Of a stretch of DNA of 64,000 nt, positions 1-14,815 are shown piece by piece (positions within the stretch are counted from its first letter, which is position 1; the number at the start of each line of letters is the position of its first letter). The notes under the pieces are model-generated. The model was not told the origin of the DNA and ran no database searches. It worked only from the letters and a program-made list of their open reading frames with translations. A program made the position numbers and the translations under genes. Source of the stretch: TPA_inf: Saccharomyces (Eukaryota); the NCBI GenBank assembly GCA_000146045.2, contig BK006938.2, positions 704,001-768,000 on the forward strand, written 5' to 3'.

Positions 1-1
1 G

Positions 2-244
2 AGAGAAGGAAAACTGGTGAGATCATTGGATGATGATTGCCCATCTTGGTTTTTCAAATGCACAGAACAAAAAGATGACGCTGCTGAACCACTCCAAGAT
101 CAACATGTTACGTTTTATAGCACGAATGCCTACGACCATAAGCACTACAACCTTACACACTACATCACGATTAAAGACGCGTCCGAAATTCCCAATATAT
201 ATGACAAAGGTACCTTCCTGGCCAATCTCACAGATTTAATATAG
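2..244 (+). CDS. SWF1: 3' end of upstream CDS running in from the left edge. Likely the C-terminus of the palmitoyltransferase Swf1 (YDR126W).
   Basis: An open frame runs from position 2 to TAG at 242-244, 81 codons with no stop. The tail ...NLTHYITIKDASEIPNIYDKGTFLANLTDLI fits the end of the gene immediately upstream of ARO1. Confidence 0.6.
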   Translation, partial: REGKLVRSLDDDCPSWFFKCTEQKDDAAEPLQDQHVTFYSTNAYDHKHYNLTHYITIKDASEIPNIYDKGTFLANLTDLI

Positions 245-259
245 TAAATTGTCATGCAT

Positions 260-268
260 ATGACTCAT
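260..268. promoter_or_regulatory. Gcn4 response element ATGACTCAT (general amino-acid control), about 215 bp upstream of the ARO1 ATG.
   Basis: Exact ATGACTCAT at 260-268. ARO1 is a known Gcn4 target. Confidence 0.6.
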
Positions 269-471
269 CCCGAACATGAAATTTTTTTTCACTCGGTTTT
301 TTCTCACCGCCATAGATTCTAACCGCAAATGTCGAACAAATTCATTATACAAGCGGTTTATTAATATAGAAGGTAGGACGCCGACTCGTAACCATTAGTA
401 ACAGATCACAGCTATACTCGGTCGTTCAAGTTTATATAATCTCCTAGTTGAGAAATCCCTACGTAAGATAA

Positions 472-5250
<4,779 letters not shown>

Positions 5251-5548
5251 ACAATAATATATCTATCCTTTTTTATATTTTACAATGCTTCTATGATATC
5301 TTTACTAAGTATGAGTTGCCAAATAGTCAGTGTGACTGCTTACATACGTTGAATTTCTGTATATTTTTACTAAGTTGCAACAGTTAGATAATTACAAGTT
5401 ACCCTTACATTCTGTGGGATGTAGTCGAAGAACATCTCAGAGTAGGTCATCAAAAGATGCAAATCAGCTGAGCACCCCACTTTCAAAAACATTGTAAGAT
5501 ATTTGAGGGAAATCGCCTCTGGCCCGTTTATTCACTGAAGAATTAATT

Positions 5549-8500
5549 ATGTGCAGTAGTATAAATGAAGGTCCGTATAATTCGCCCACTTTTGGAAAAT
5601 CATTATCGTTGAAAGTAGATGGTGGGTTCAATGCCGTATCTATCAATCCCTCTGGTAGGGATATTGTTTTGGCCAGTCGGCAAGGTCTTTATATTATCGA
5701 CCTGGATGATCCGTTTACACCTCCAAGGTGGTTGCATCATATTACGCCCTGGCAAGTTGCTGATGTACAATGGTCGCCACATCCCGCAAAACCATATTGG
5801 ATAGTCTCGACATCGAATCAAAAGGCAATCATATGGAACTTAGCAAAATCTTCATCAAATGCCATTGAGTTTGTACTTCATGGGCACTCAAGAGCAATTA
5901 CAGATATAAACTTCAATCCGCAACATCCGGATGTTTTAGCTACCTGTTCAGTCGATACGTATGTACATGCTTGGGATATGAGAAGTCCACATAGACCATT
6001 TTATTCGACAAGTTCATGGAGATCTGCTGCTTCTCAAGTGAAGTGGAATTACAAGGATCCTAACGTCTTGGCATCTTCACATGGAAATGATATATTTGTG
6101 TGGGATTTGAGAAAAGGCTCCACTCCCCTCTGTTCTTTGAAAGGCCATGTAAGCTCCGTAAATAGCATAGATTTTAACCGGTTCAAATATTCTGAAATTA
6201 TGTCGAGTTCGAACGATGGGACGGTGAAGTTTTGGGATTATTCAAAAAGTACGACAGAATCAAAGAGAACTGTAACAACAAATTTTCCAATCTGGAGAGG
6301 ACGTTACCTTCCTTTTGGAGAAGGTTATTGTATTATGCCAATGGTTGGAGGCAATAACGCAGTTTATCTGATTAATCTATGCGACGATGATGACAGTGAA
6401 CAAAATAAGAAGACGAAACTCCAGCCAATATATGCATTTAAAGGGCATAGTGACCGAGTAATTGACTTTCTTTGGAGATCAAGACATACGTGCGATGGGG
6501 ATTACGACGATCGTGAATTTCAATTGGTTACTTGGTCCAAAGACTGCGATTTAAAACTATGGCCAATTTCTGATAGTATTTATGGGAAAGTTAACTTTGA
6601 CAGAGGCAAGAGACTTGAGGAGAAACTACCAGATTATGATTATTGCTCATACAATAAGGAACCTGAAAATAGGGAAAATGTTCAAAAGAATGAGTTTAGG
6701 CGTTTACGAGAAAACTTTGTGACAACTTCTGGATTGAAGAAAAACAAGACAAACCACATAACATGGCTCTCAGGAATTAGAATGAATAGCGCAACTTCAC
6801 AAGAGGATTTATTCAATGAGACAAAAATCCAAAATTTAGGAGAGGAAGTAAGCGCCATTGGTCACAAGTTCCCAAAAGTCGTTTTTGAAAAGATATCCGT
6901 GTCCACAAGGGAATTGTGCCTGACGCTTAATGGCCCCTGGTCAGAGGAAAATCCTGATGATTATATATTCTTACGAATAAGTATTAATTTCCCTCTCAAC
7001 TATCCAAACAAAGGGGACCCCCCCAAATTCACAATTGAAGAGAATTCAAATTTAACCATGAGTAAGAGACAAGAAATACTTTCCAATTTAGCAACAATTG
7101 GTCAAAAGTATACTGACTCAAATCTTTACTGCCTGGAGCCATGTATACGATTTGTTTTAGGTGAGAAGGTTAGCCTGGAGGACATCGAAGAAGGGCAAGA
7201 ACCCTTATTAAATTTTGATATTGCAGATCACATAGATTTTGAAGAATTATCGTCACTGGATAGTTCATATTCCGATTCTCAAAACCCGGAAAACCTTTCT
7301 TCGCAATCAGATATAGAGTCATACAAGGAAGCACTGGTATTCCCAGATACTTCGAATCAAGGTTTGGATTTTGGAAGAAATTTAGCTCTTGATACGACAC
7401 CTGTTCCAAATGGGTGTGGATCTTGTTGGACTGCAACAGGTGAACTCTTCTGCTTCTTTGCAAATGAGAAAAAACCCGAGAAAAAGCAAAATGCAATAAT
7501 TAAACTCTCTCAAAAAGAAGCAGGGGTAGAGAAGCATCCTTTTAAAATTGAGCCTCAAGTTTTATATGATAAGGAAGTTGACAGCAGTGTAATCACCGCT
7601 GCTGATGAATTGAAAGCTCGCCCTAAGCGGTACGTGGACACCTTGGGGCTGGGAGGCGGTACTAATGGGGATTCAAGAACATACTTTGACGACGAGACAT
7701 CTTCCGACGATTCATTTGATAGTGTCGCGGACGATTGGGACGATATATTGAGAAATGATATAATAGTGAGAACAAAAATTCCAATACTAAGAGGTAATTT
7801 TAAAGCTTTCAGCTCAGTACATTCGGAATCCGGGAAAACAGTAGAATCTACCAAAAAAAATAAGAATTTAGTGATTTCCAAAAATTTCAGCAGTTTATTA
7901 AGCGACCGCAAAGAACTAGCATTAGAATACTTATTTATGGATGCCACACCGGAAGGATTTGCTAGAAATAACGCTTTGGTGGCAGAAAAGTTTGACCTTG
8001 ATGAAATTAGTCATTGTTGGCAAATATTATCTGATATGTTGATAGACCAAAGTGATTACGATCCTTATACTACTATATGGAATAACCATCCCATGGGGAT
8101 AAAGTGGTTCATAAAGGAAGCGATTGTCTACTTTGAGAGGCAACAAAATTTACAGATGCTGGCCATGTTATGCTGTGTCATATTAAGCGCCAGGAGAAAA
8201 AAGATTCCAGCCAGATATTATGGGCAAGAATTAGAGAATATGGAAGGAACCATTGTGTTTAATGACAACGAAAGTCAAAACACATCATTTTGGAAAGGAT
8301 CTGATGCTTTTTCCACCAGGTCTAGGAGTAGCACTGTTACACCAAATTTTTATGGTAATCATTTGAGAGGAAAAAACATTCATGGAGGAGACAACTCCTC
8401 AATAAGGTCCGACGACCACCACGCTAGGTTAAGGACGCACAACACTCTTAATGGTAGTAGTAAATTTACGGAGCCGGCCCAAAAGCAGGGCAGCCGTGCC

Positions 8501-8995
8501 ATTTCATCCAGCCCTTTTCATAGTAGAATGCCTGACATCAAAGTCGAGCTTTTACATGACGATATTATAGAAGCTTATGAACAAGAAGACCTCTTACATT
8601 TAGAGGTATCAGACATACCAAAGTTCCAAACTTATATTTATCAATATTCAAAGTTACTTTTTAGATGGGGACTGCCTTTAGAAAGGGTCAAAATTCTAAA
8701 AGTTAGTACTGATTTCAGAAGTTCTTATAGTTCCCAAGGCATCCCCCCTAACAATAACAAGAAAAGTCCTTACAATGGTGTACTTACGCACTGGATCGAG
8801 AACAACGAGTTTGGAGAAGAAAAATTCCTAGCCCGAAATTGTAATTACTGTGATTTAAGAGTGACAAGAAGTAGCTTCATATGTGGAAATTGTCAACATG
8901 TTTTACACTCTTCGTGCGCGAGGATATGGTGGGAGATTGGTGATGAGTGCCCATCTGGATGTGGGTGCAATTGTCCGGAAATGTTCGATGCCTAA
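5549..8995 (+). CDS. MTC5: SEA/GATOR-complex WD40 protein with a C-terminal RING-like Cys cluster, 1148 aa.
   Basis: N-terminal WD repeats and a C-terminal CxxC...H...C cluster (CGNCQHVLHSSCARIWWEIGDECPSGCGC). Lies downstream of ARO1 as YDR128W does. Confidence 0.9.
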   Translation: MCSSINEGPYNSPTFGKSLSLKVDGGFNAVSINPSGRDIVLASRQGLYIIDLDDPFTPPRWLHHITPWQVADVQWSPHPAKPYWIVSTSNQKAIIWNLAKSSSNAIEFVLHGHSRAITDINFNPQHPDVLATCSVDTYVHAWDMRSPHRPFYSTSSWRSAASQVKWNYKDPNVLASSHGNDIFVWDLRKGSTPLCSLKGHVSSVNSIDFNRFKYSEIMSSSNDGTVKFWDYSKSTTESKRTVTTNFPIWRGRYLPFGEGYCIMPMVGGNNAVYLINLCDDDDSEQNKKTKLQPIYAFKGHSDRVIDFLWRSRHTCDGDYDDREFQLVTWSKDCDLKLWPISDSIYGKVNFDRGKRLEEKLPDYDYCSYNKEPENRENVQKNEFRRLRENFVTTSGLKKNKTNHITWLSGIRMNSATSQEDLFNETKIQNLGEEVSAIGHKFPKVVFEKISVSTRELCLTLNGPWSEENPDDYIFLRISINFPLNYPNKGDPPKFTIEENSNLTMSKRQEILSNLATIGQKYTDSNLYCLEPCIRFVLGEKVSLEDIEEGQEPLLNFDIADHIDFEELSSLDSSYSDSQNPENLSSQSDIESYKEALVFPDTSNQGLDFGRNLALDTTPVPNGCGSCWTATGELFCFFANEKKPEKKQNAIIKLSQKEAGVEKHPFKIEPQVLYDKEVDSSVITAADELKARPKRYVDTLGLGGGTNGDSRTYFDDETSSDDSFDSVADDWDDILRNDIIVRTKIPILRGNFKAFSSVHSESGKTVESTKKNKNLVISKNFSSLLSDRKELALEYLFMDATPEGFARNNALVAEKFDLDEISHCWQILSDMLIDQSDYDPYTTIWNNHPMGIKWFIKEAIVYFERQQNLQMLAMLCCVILSARRKKIPARYYGQELENMEGTIVFNDNESQNTSFWKGSDAFSTRSRSSTVTPNFYGNHLRGKNIHGGDNSSIRSDDHHARLRTHNTLNGSSKFTEPAQKQGSRAISSSPFHSRMPDIKVELLHDDIIEAYEQEDLLHLEVSDIPKFQTYIYQYSKLLFRWGLPLERVKILKVSTDFRSSYSSQGIPPNNNKKSPYNGVLTHWIENNEFGEEKFLARNCNYCDLRVTRSSFICGNCQHVLHSSCARIWWEIGDECPSGCGCNCPEMFDA

Positions 8996-9339
8996 AAGCT
9001 TAACTATCACGTACATTTTCTGCATATTTCAAAGAACCTTGGATGTATATGAAAAAAAGTTCACAGGATATATGGCTTAATAAGTAGTTTATTTACGATT
9101 TTTTAATCCAGTAGAGGCATGATAGAAGACGACAACGGAATCATTGAGCGTTGGAGGCATTTTTACAATGGCTCAGTAATCACGAATAAAAGTAGGTGGA
9201 AGTTGAAATCTATTATTACATATTAAAAACTTCAGAAATACTTGAGGCTATATATTGTTGTACACTTAACCAATCGTATAACGGAGCATTGGAACAAGAA
9301 AGCTGAGTAGAAAACAGGTTACGAAAGTTGTTTGTTGGC

Positions 9340-11247
9340 TCATTTGTTCAAAGTCATTAACGAAGCGATAAAAGTAATAATTAATCTTGCACGAACTTCG
9401 TTGATATCTTCTGGCACCAACCAAATCAAAGCACCCAACTTTCTAGCAATAGAAATAGCCAATCTTGCGTTTGCGTACCTTTCTTCCTCGGTGTTACCAG
9501 GGGTGACTAGATCATAATCAACATAGCCCGGCGCGATACCATTCAGAACATCCAATAAGAAGTGGGCGTTTGATAAAGCTTGGTCCTTAAATGATCTAAT
9601 GGTAGAGTTTTTACCACCTTTAGTTACCTGGTCTTGGGCCCACTTTAATATTTGAGAATCACTCATGTCTCTACCACTTGAGGATAATGTCTTCATGGTT
9701 ATCGAAATATTTCTACGCATCAATTGCCACACTAACCCTAAGGTCAGTAATTTGTTACCATCTACAATATCAGATCCTTCGATACCAACCAAAGAAAATC
9801 CTTTGGCTCTGCCCAAGTCGACTGCATAGTTGGTGTTTTCTAAGGCTTTGAATCTGGATATCTCTGCACCCGAGGCCGGTCTTTTGTTGACATGTTTAAA
9901 ATCAACAGCACCGGGCATCACCTTTTCGTAAGCTTGCAATAATATCAAACCATCCTTCAAATCATCAAACAGCGAAATGACAGGTGGATCAACGTCAAGA
10001 GAGTTCAACCATAAGGTAAAGACTCTTGCCTCTCTCTCACCTTCGGCGTCAAATTCTTCAATTTCAGGCTTTTCCTCTTCCTGAATAGGCTCTAATCCAG
10101 GATGTGTATTGAATAGATGTGCCACGAAAGCCAGGTTTAATTTAGGGTTCCCCGCAACTAATGAACTTGGGGTTAAATACTTTCTACAATCTAGCTTTTC
10201 AGCATTTTGTAAAACTTGCTCAGCTCTCTCCATTAAATCTGTGGTTTGTAATGGTGCCTTAGAACACAAGGCGGGGTCCAACTGGTTCAACAAGATAGTA
10301 TAGTTTTCACCATCAGACACGTCTTTTGAAAAATTGGTAACCCTTCTGTTCCAGTTTGCTTGCTTCAAATGGTAGTTAAACCAACGTAGTAGAATTTGCT
10401 CCGGAGGCAACCTCAAAAATTGCTCCAACGTTTCATCATCCTCCAATAGACGGTATAACTCAGGATGCAGCTTAATATCAATTTTACTTAACAAACCTCT
10501 CCTAATAATTTGCCAAATCAAACCCAGGATCAAATGCTCTCTACCTTCAATAATGTCCTCGGAATGAACATTAACAACGACACAACCAATGGCTTTTGCA
10601 GAATTAATAACAATATTAGCATTTTCACTAGCCTGAAAATTATTCAATTCCTTACCCTTCTTAGGCCAATTCAAAACTCTTGTATCGATAGTATCAGGAA
10701 CAGAGTCGTTGATCAACTTAGATAGCACCAACCCATCCCTACATTCATCAAATAATTGGAAAGTATCAGTAGGAAATGGAAGCAAATCACCTATATCTTG
10801 GTCTCCCGCCAAGACGCTATTGATATGTTTAGTAAATTCACGTCTTTCTTCTTCATTGATGGTATGTGTAGTACCTGTTTGGGAGCCAGCAACAATAATC
10901 TTGGCTTGAGTACCCTTACCCTTGTGCTGTAGTCCTGTGGCAGCAGTGGAAACAATAGGGGTTGAGTTAGGTGCTACGTTGAAAGTGGTCTGTGGAGCAG
11001 CTCCTGTTTTAGATTCTCTTAATTTTGCAACCAACCCGACGTAATCGTCCAGTTCAACACGGCCTGACGCATCCACACCCACATGCTTCAGGGTTTCTCT
11101 TGCTTCGTCATAAGTAGCATCACCATCTTTGGACACCGCTTCTAGAGCTTGCTGTTTTTCAACCCATCCTTTATCATCTAAGTCAATGGCTCTGAACTTT
11201 TCAATTGTGGAAAAAAGATCCTCTTGAGTCAAAATTGGAAATTTTCT
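9340..11247 (-). CDS. SAC6: Fimbrin (actin-bundling protein), exon 2 of 2. Total 642 aa.
   Basis: Exon 2 begins AGA AAA TTT CCA (RKFPILTQEDLF) immediately after a TAG acceptor at 11248-11250. An EF-hand and calponin-homology domains are present. TGA stop at 9340-9342. Confidence 0.95.
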   Translation of the reverse strand, partial: RKFPILTQEDLFSTIEKFRAIDLDDKGWVEKQQALEAVSKDGDATYDEARETLKHVGVDASGRVELDDYVGLVAKLRESKTGAAPQTTFNVAPNSTPIVSTAATGLQHKGKGTQAKIIVAGSQTGTTHTINEEERREFTKHINSVLAGDQDIGDLLPFPTDTFQLFDECRDGLVLSKLINDSVPDTIDTRVLNWPKKGKELNNFQASENANIVINSAKAIGCVVVNVHSEDIIEGREHLILGLIWQIIRRGLLSKIDIKLHPELYRLLEDDETLEQFLRLPPEQILLRWFNYHLKQANWNRRVTNFSKDVSDGENYTILLNQLDPALCSKAPLQTTDLMERAEQVLQNAEKLDCRKYLTPSSLVAGNPKLNLAFVAHLFNTHPGLEPIQEEEKPEIEEFDAEGEREARVFTLWLNSLDVDPPVISLFDDLKDGLILLQAYEKVMPGAVDFKHVNKRPASGAEISRFKALENTNYAVDLGRAKGFSLVGIEGSDIVDGNKLLTLGLVWQLMRRNISITMKTLSSSGRDMSDSQILKWAQDQVTKGGKNSTIRSFKDQALSNAHFLLDVLNGIAPGYVDYDLVTPGNTEEERYANARLAISIARKLGALIWLVPEDINEVRARLIITFIASLMTLNK

Positions 11248-11358
11248 CTAATCGCAGAAGAGTTTGTTAGTATATGAAACGTTTATTACAACCTAAAAGG
11301 TAGAAAAAACTTTTTCACTGTGCTCAGCAGTGTGGGAATTCGAGAAAGGCATACATAC
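11248..11358 (-). other. SAC6: SAC6 intron (111 nt).
   Basis: Donor GTATGT at 11358-11353 (minus strand). TACTAAC branchpoint at 11272-11266. TAG acceptor at 11250-11248. Confidence 0.93.
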
Positions 11359-11379
11359 TTGTAATTTGACAATATTCAT
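11359..11379 (-). CDS. SAC6: SAC6 exon 1, a 21-nt micro-exon encoding MNIVKLQ.
   Basis: ATGAATATTGTCAAATTACAA is followed directly by GTATGT. The six-frame track cannot see it. Confidence 0.93.
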
Positions 11380-11746
11380 TGTGTTTTGGTGTACTCCTTA
11401 GGGCTAATATATCAGCTTCTTCTCTGATAATTTTAGTGTAAAGAGCTTTCTTGTTCTCCTGAAATAACCAAAATTTATATCGATAAATCTTCATTATAAA
11501 CTTCGCCCCGTACTTTTGATATTTTTCCGCCTCCCGAGGAGTGCTTTTTCACATGAAGGCCATCGGGAACAAGAAGAAAAGCCGTTCACGTAAGAAAATA
11601 GGACCCTATATCCGGTCAGGATCACTCAAGCTGTATGTAAATGTAATATAGACAAAGCACCTTTAACTGCTAAGAATTAATTATAGTGTCGGAAATATAA
11701 CATAACTTGCTTACTTCCTGTGTAAAAAATGTGAGAAGGGATATGA

Positions 11747-12622
11747 TTACTTATGTTTCGGTATTTCCGTGAGTTGAAGTTCGATATTGGATAATCTTGA
11801 TTCAATCTCTCGCTGTCTTCTCAACATTTGTAGTAGCAAGTCCTTTATTTCTTTAAGTTCCACGGTTTCTTCAGTCACTATATTATCAGGTAGTTTAAAT
11901 TTTACACTTTTCTGGAAACTAGCTTTGTGTATCTTACCTTCGTTCGCCAGCATGGAATTCAGTTTAGTGTTCGATTTAGTAAGGGATTCTATGCCATTTC
12001 CCACGTCTTCCTCTTCTTTCTTGAGTTCAACTAATAAATTCTTCCCTTTCAATTTAGCTCGAGGAAGGTCATTCTCAAATGGGGCGTCCTTGAGCTCAGT
12101 ATTAGAACAGAGGTCAGTGTTGCTTTTGGCATCCGATGGGAGAATATGTTGCTGCTGTTGCTGCTGTATCCTTTCAGGTGACATGAGTCCATTCTTAAAC
12201 CGGGCCCGTATTCTCGTTAACGAACCATCACCCCCGATTTTATTTTCATTACTGAATGTCAGTTTGGTTGGTGATGTAGGGAATATTATATTAGTTATAT
12301 GATCTGAGTTTTGGATCTTCACATTTTTATTCGAATTTTTGAACTGAGGCCTATCCAGGCTTTGAGTTTCCTTAGAGACATAGCCCTTCAGACATTCCGG
12401 CGACATAATCCTTCTTGGTGTTACTTGTATACTATGCTTCATTCCATCTGTCTTGTTAGGTGATATCCTCATAGGTGGTTTCAAAAACTCTTTTTGGCTT
12501 GTCGTCCTCAAAGGGGACATACTCAATCTCACAAAGACATTGTCCTTGTCACTTGGTATATTATTTCGACCAATCGTATTCCCTATGTCACGTAAACTCC
12601 TGCGGTTGCTTTTATTGCTCAT
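11747..12622 (-). CDS. FIN1: Spindle-associated, PP1-binding filament protein, 291 aa.
   Basis: ATG at 12622-12620. Length and position (YDR130C) match. C-terminal coiled-coil segment, Ser/Asn-rich N-terminus. Confidence 0.9.
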   Translation of the reverse strand: MSNKSNRRSLRDIGNTIGRNNIPSDKDNVFVRLSMSPLRTTSQKEFLKPPMRISPNKTDGMKHSIQVTPRRIMSPECLKGYVSKETQSLDRPQFKNSNKNVKIQNSDHITNIIFPTSPTKLTFSNENKIGGDGSLTRIRARFKNGLMSPERIQQQQQQHILPSDAKSNTDLCSNTELKDAPFENDLPRAKLKGKNLLVELKKEEEDVGNGIESLTKSNTKLNSMLANEGKIHKASFQKSVKFKLPDNIVTEETVELKEIKDLLLQMLRRQREIESRLSNIELQLTEIPKHK

Positions 12623-12789
12623 AATTTGTTTTATTGAACTATGTCACATCACTGCAATCCAGTGAGAACACTGAGAAAGCTCTAACTAGACTATACAATC
12701 CATTTGTTTTGATTTCCTCTTGTTGACAATTTGCAGTATTTAGAGTATATATCATTATGTACGTGTTATAACCGCCATGTCTCACAGTA

Positions 12790-14460
12790 TCAACTAAATA
12801 GAGCTTCTGCGTCCACCAATTCATAAACAGAGTTGCTTTTATAGCCATTATTATAGAAGAGGGGAACCGCGCATCGTTGTAACTCGTCCACTTGTATTAT
12901 TTTTGTAGGTATACCGTTGATGGTTAGATATTCTAAGTTCGGCAAACTTTGCTCAAAAACTTTAAATACGTCTTTTAGATAATGAAGGTATAAGTGGTAC
13001 AAACTAATGGCATCTTCTCTAGTAATTTTATTCACTGTAATATTCTCAGTATTTTCTATGGTGCTTTGCAGATTTTCATTGAACTTTCGTACAAACGTTT
13101 CAATAGGTACAGAATCCCATCCCATCGCAGGTGATTCGTTGTCAATAATGTTTGTATAGGGCATGATCTTGTTCTCGAAAAACATTTGGTAAAAGAAATT
13201 ATGGGCTTGGAACTTATTTGGGTTCTTTAAAAGTTTTGACCGGGTTTCAGGAAAGATTTTTTTTAGAATGACCTCGTGAATTGTATTTTTGCAAGTTGAA
13301 CAAGGGCAGAAACCATCGAAATTCAAGCGAGTTAGTGGGTTATCTGTCATGGGAAAAAAAAGCCTGTGATTTAGTTGGCAGTGTATGTCAAAACGCTGTA
13401 ATTTTTTGCCACACACTTGTTTAGATAAGAAGTTAATCAACGACACATCGAAGTCAAATTTACCCATGTAATCAAGTTTCAGTATCTTTAAATTGTGAAA
13501 CACAGCCAAACAATTCATTAGAAAAAATTCGCTGTAAACCAATGACGCTAATGATAGTTTCTCAATGTTCGGAAATTTCCAAAATCCTTCTAGCCCCCAT
13601 TTGACATATAACCTGTCAAAACCACCTTCTTCGCCAGAGGGAAAATCGTCGCGACTGTACCAAGACAAAATCTCTAGCTGCCTTAAGGTGGAAGCATCAA
13701 ATATGTCGATGTATTCTAGCTCTTTTAAGAAGTCATCGGAAGCGTCGTACTCCGCAAGGTTAAGTGTGTCGGGTCGCAAATTTAATACCAATGCTTTGAT
13801 CTTCATAGGAGACCCGGTATTTTTGAAGTACTTCAATGCGTTTATATGAATGGAAAGTTTTTCTAATCGAGATAGATCGCACTTCAAGAGCAACCGATCA
13901 ATTTTATTCAAATAAGAACCGCTTACACTGTTATGGGTGGGCATTAACGTTGGTGGCGTTAATGTTAGAGTTTTTAATTGCTTTGATAAAGGTTCTAGCC
14001 CCTTGTTAACTGATGAGCGAACAAATTGATCGACAAATTTCAAATTGGATCCATACTCGGATAGCAATTTAAGTACATTTGTCATCACATCTTCATTTAA
14101 ATGCCATGTACAACGTATTCGATTAATTAAGGGACATAATCTTTTCGGTGACTCTGCTAATGTTCTTTCGAAATAACTAAATTTCACTTTAGCTAGTCTT
14201 CTATTCGACATGTCGTTTTTAGTATTGGAATCATCTTCATCTATGTAGTGAAAGTTTAGGACAGACCAATAACAGGTTCCAAATGAGTTATCATAGTCAC
14301 CATTGATGTGATAGGTTTCATTAAGAAATAAATTCTGGTAGATGAAAGGTATAATTGATTCATAGGATCTTTTGCATACATATGTTAACGAAATTTTATC
14401 TTCCTGCGGAATTCTCCAGGCAATTTGTTTAAAAATCTCATAAGGTAACTTATCAAACAT
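12790..14460 (-). CDS. F-box protein of unknown function (YDR131C), 556 aa.
   Basis: N-terminal F-box-like LPYEIFKQIAWRIPQEDKISLTYVCKRSYESIIPFIY. Length and synteny match. Confidence 0.88.
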   Translation of the reverse strand: MFDKLPYEIFKQIAWRIPQEDKISLTYVCKRSYESIIPFIYQNLFLNETYHINGDYDNSFGTCYWSVLNFHYIDEDDSNTKNDMSNRRLAKVKFSYFERTLAESPKRLCPLINRIRCTWHLNEDVMTNVLKLLSEYGSNLKFVDQFVRSSVNKGLEPLSKQLKTLTLTPPTLMPTHNSVSGSYLNKIDRLLLKCDLSRLEKLSIHINALKYFKNTGSPMKIKALVLNLRPDTLNLAEYDASDDFLKELEYIDIFDASTLRQLEILSWYSRDDFPSGEEGGFDRLYVKWGLEGFWKFPNIEKLSLASLVYSEFFLMNCLAVFHNLKILKLDYMGKFDFDVSLINFLSKQVCGKKLQRFDIHCQLNHRLFFPMTDNPLTRLNFDGFCPCSTCKNTIHEVILKKIFPETRSKLLKNPNKFQAHNFFYQMFFENKIMPYTNIIDNESPAMGWDSVPIETFVRKFNENLQSTIENTENITVNKITREDAISLYHLYLHYLKDVFKVFEQSLPNLEYLTINGIPTKIIQVDELQRCAVPLFYNNGYKSNSVYELVDAEALFS

Positions 14461-14815
14461 TTTTCGGGCCCTTTCAAATTGGCAGTAGGGTTATTTTTAT
14501 CTATTTTAAGACACCAAAGTTTCTTCTTTTTGCACACATTATCCTACTATTTTCTCTACGTTACTTTATCTCTGGTTTTAAGAGGTGTCTGTATCCTAAT
14601 TCCCGAAGTCGATTTTTTTCTTACATATTAACTGATAAATAACAAGAGAAAAGAGACAAGAGCCTACAAAAAGTAAGAAAAGAAGCTACTACAGGAATGT
14701 GAGTTACAATGGGTTTCCGTTATACTTCAAGTACTATAATGGCATATAAAAAATACAACGGAGAGCATACATATACTTAAAAGCTTGGCAGAAGAGTAAT
14801 TTTATCAAGCTAATC

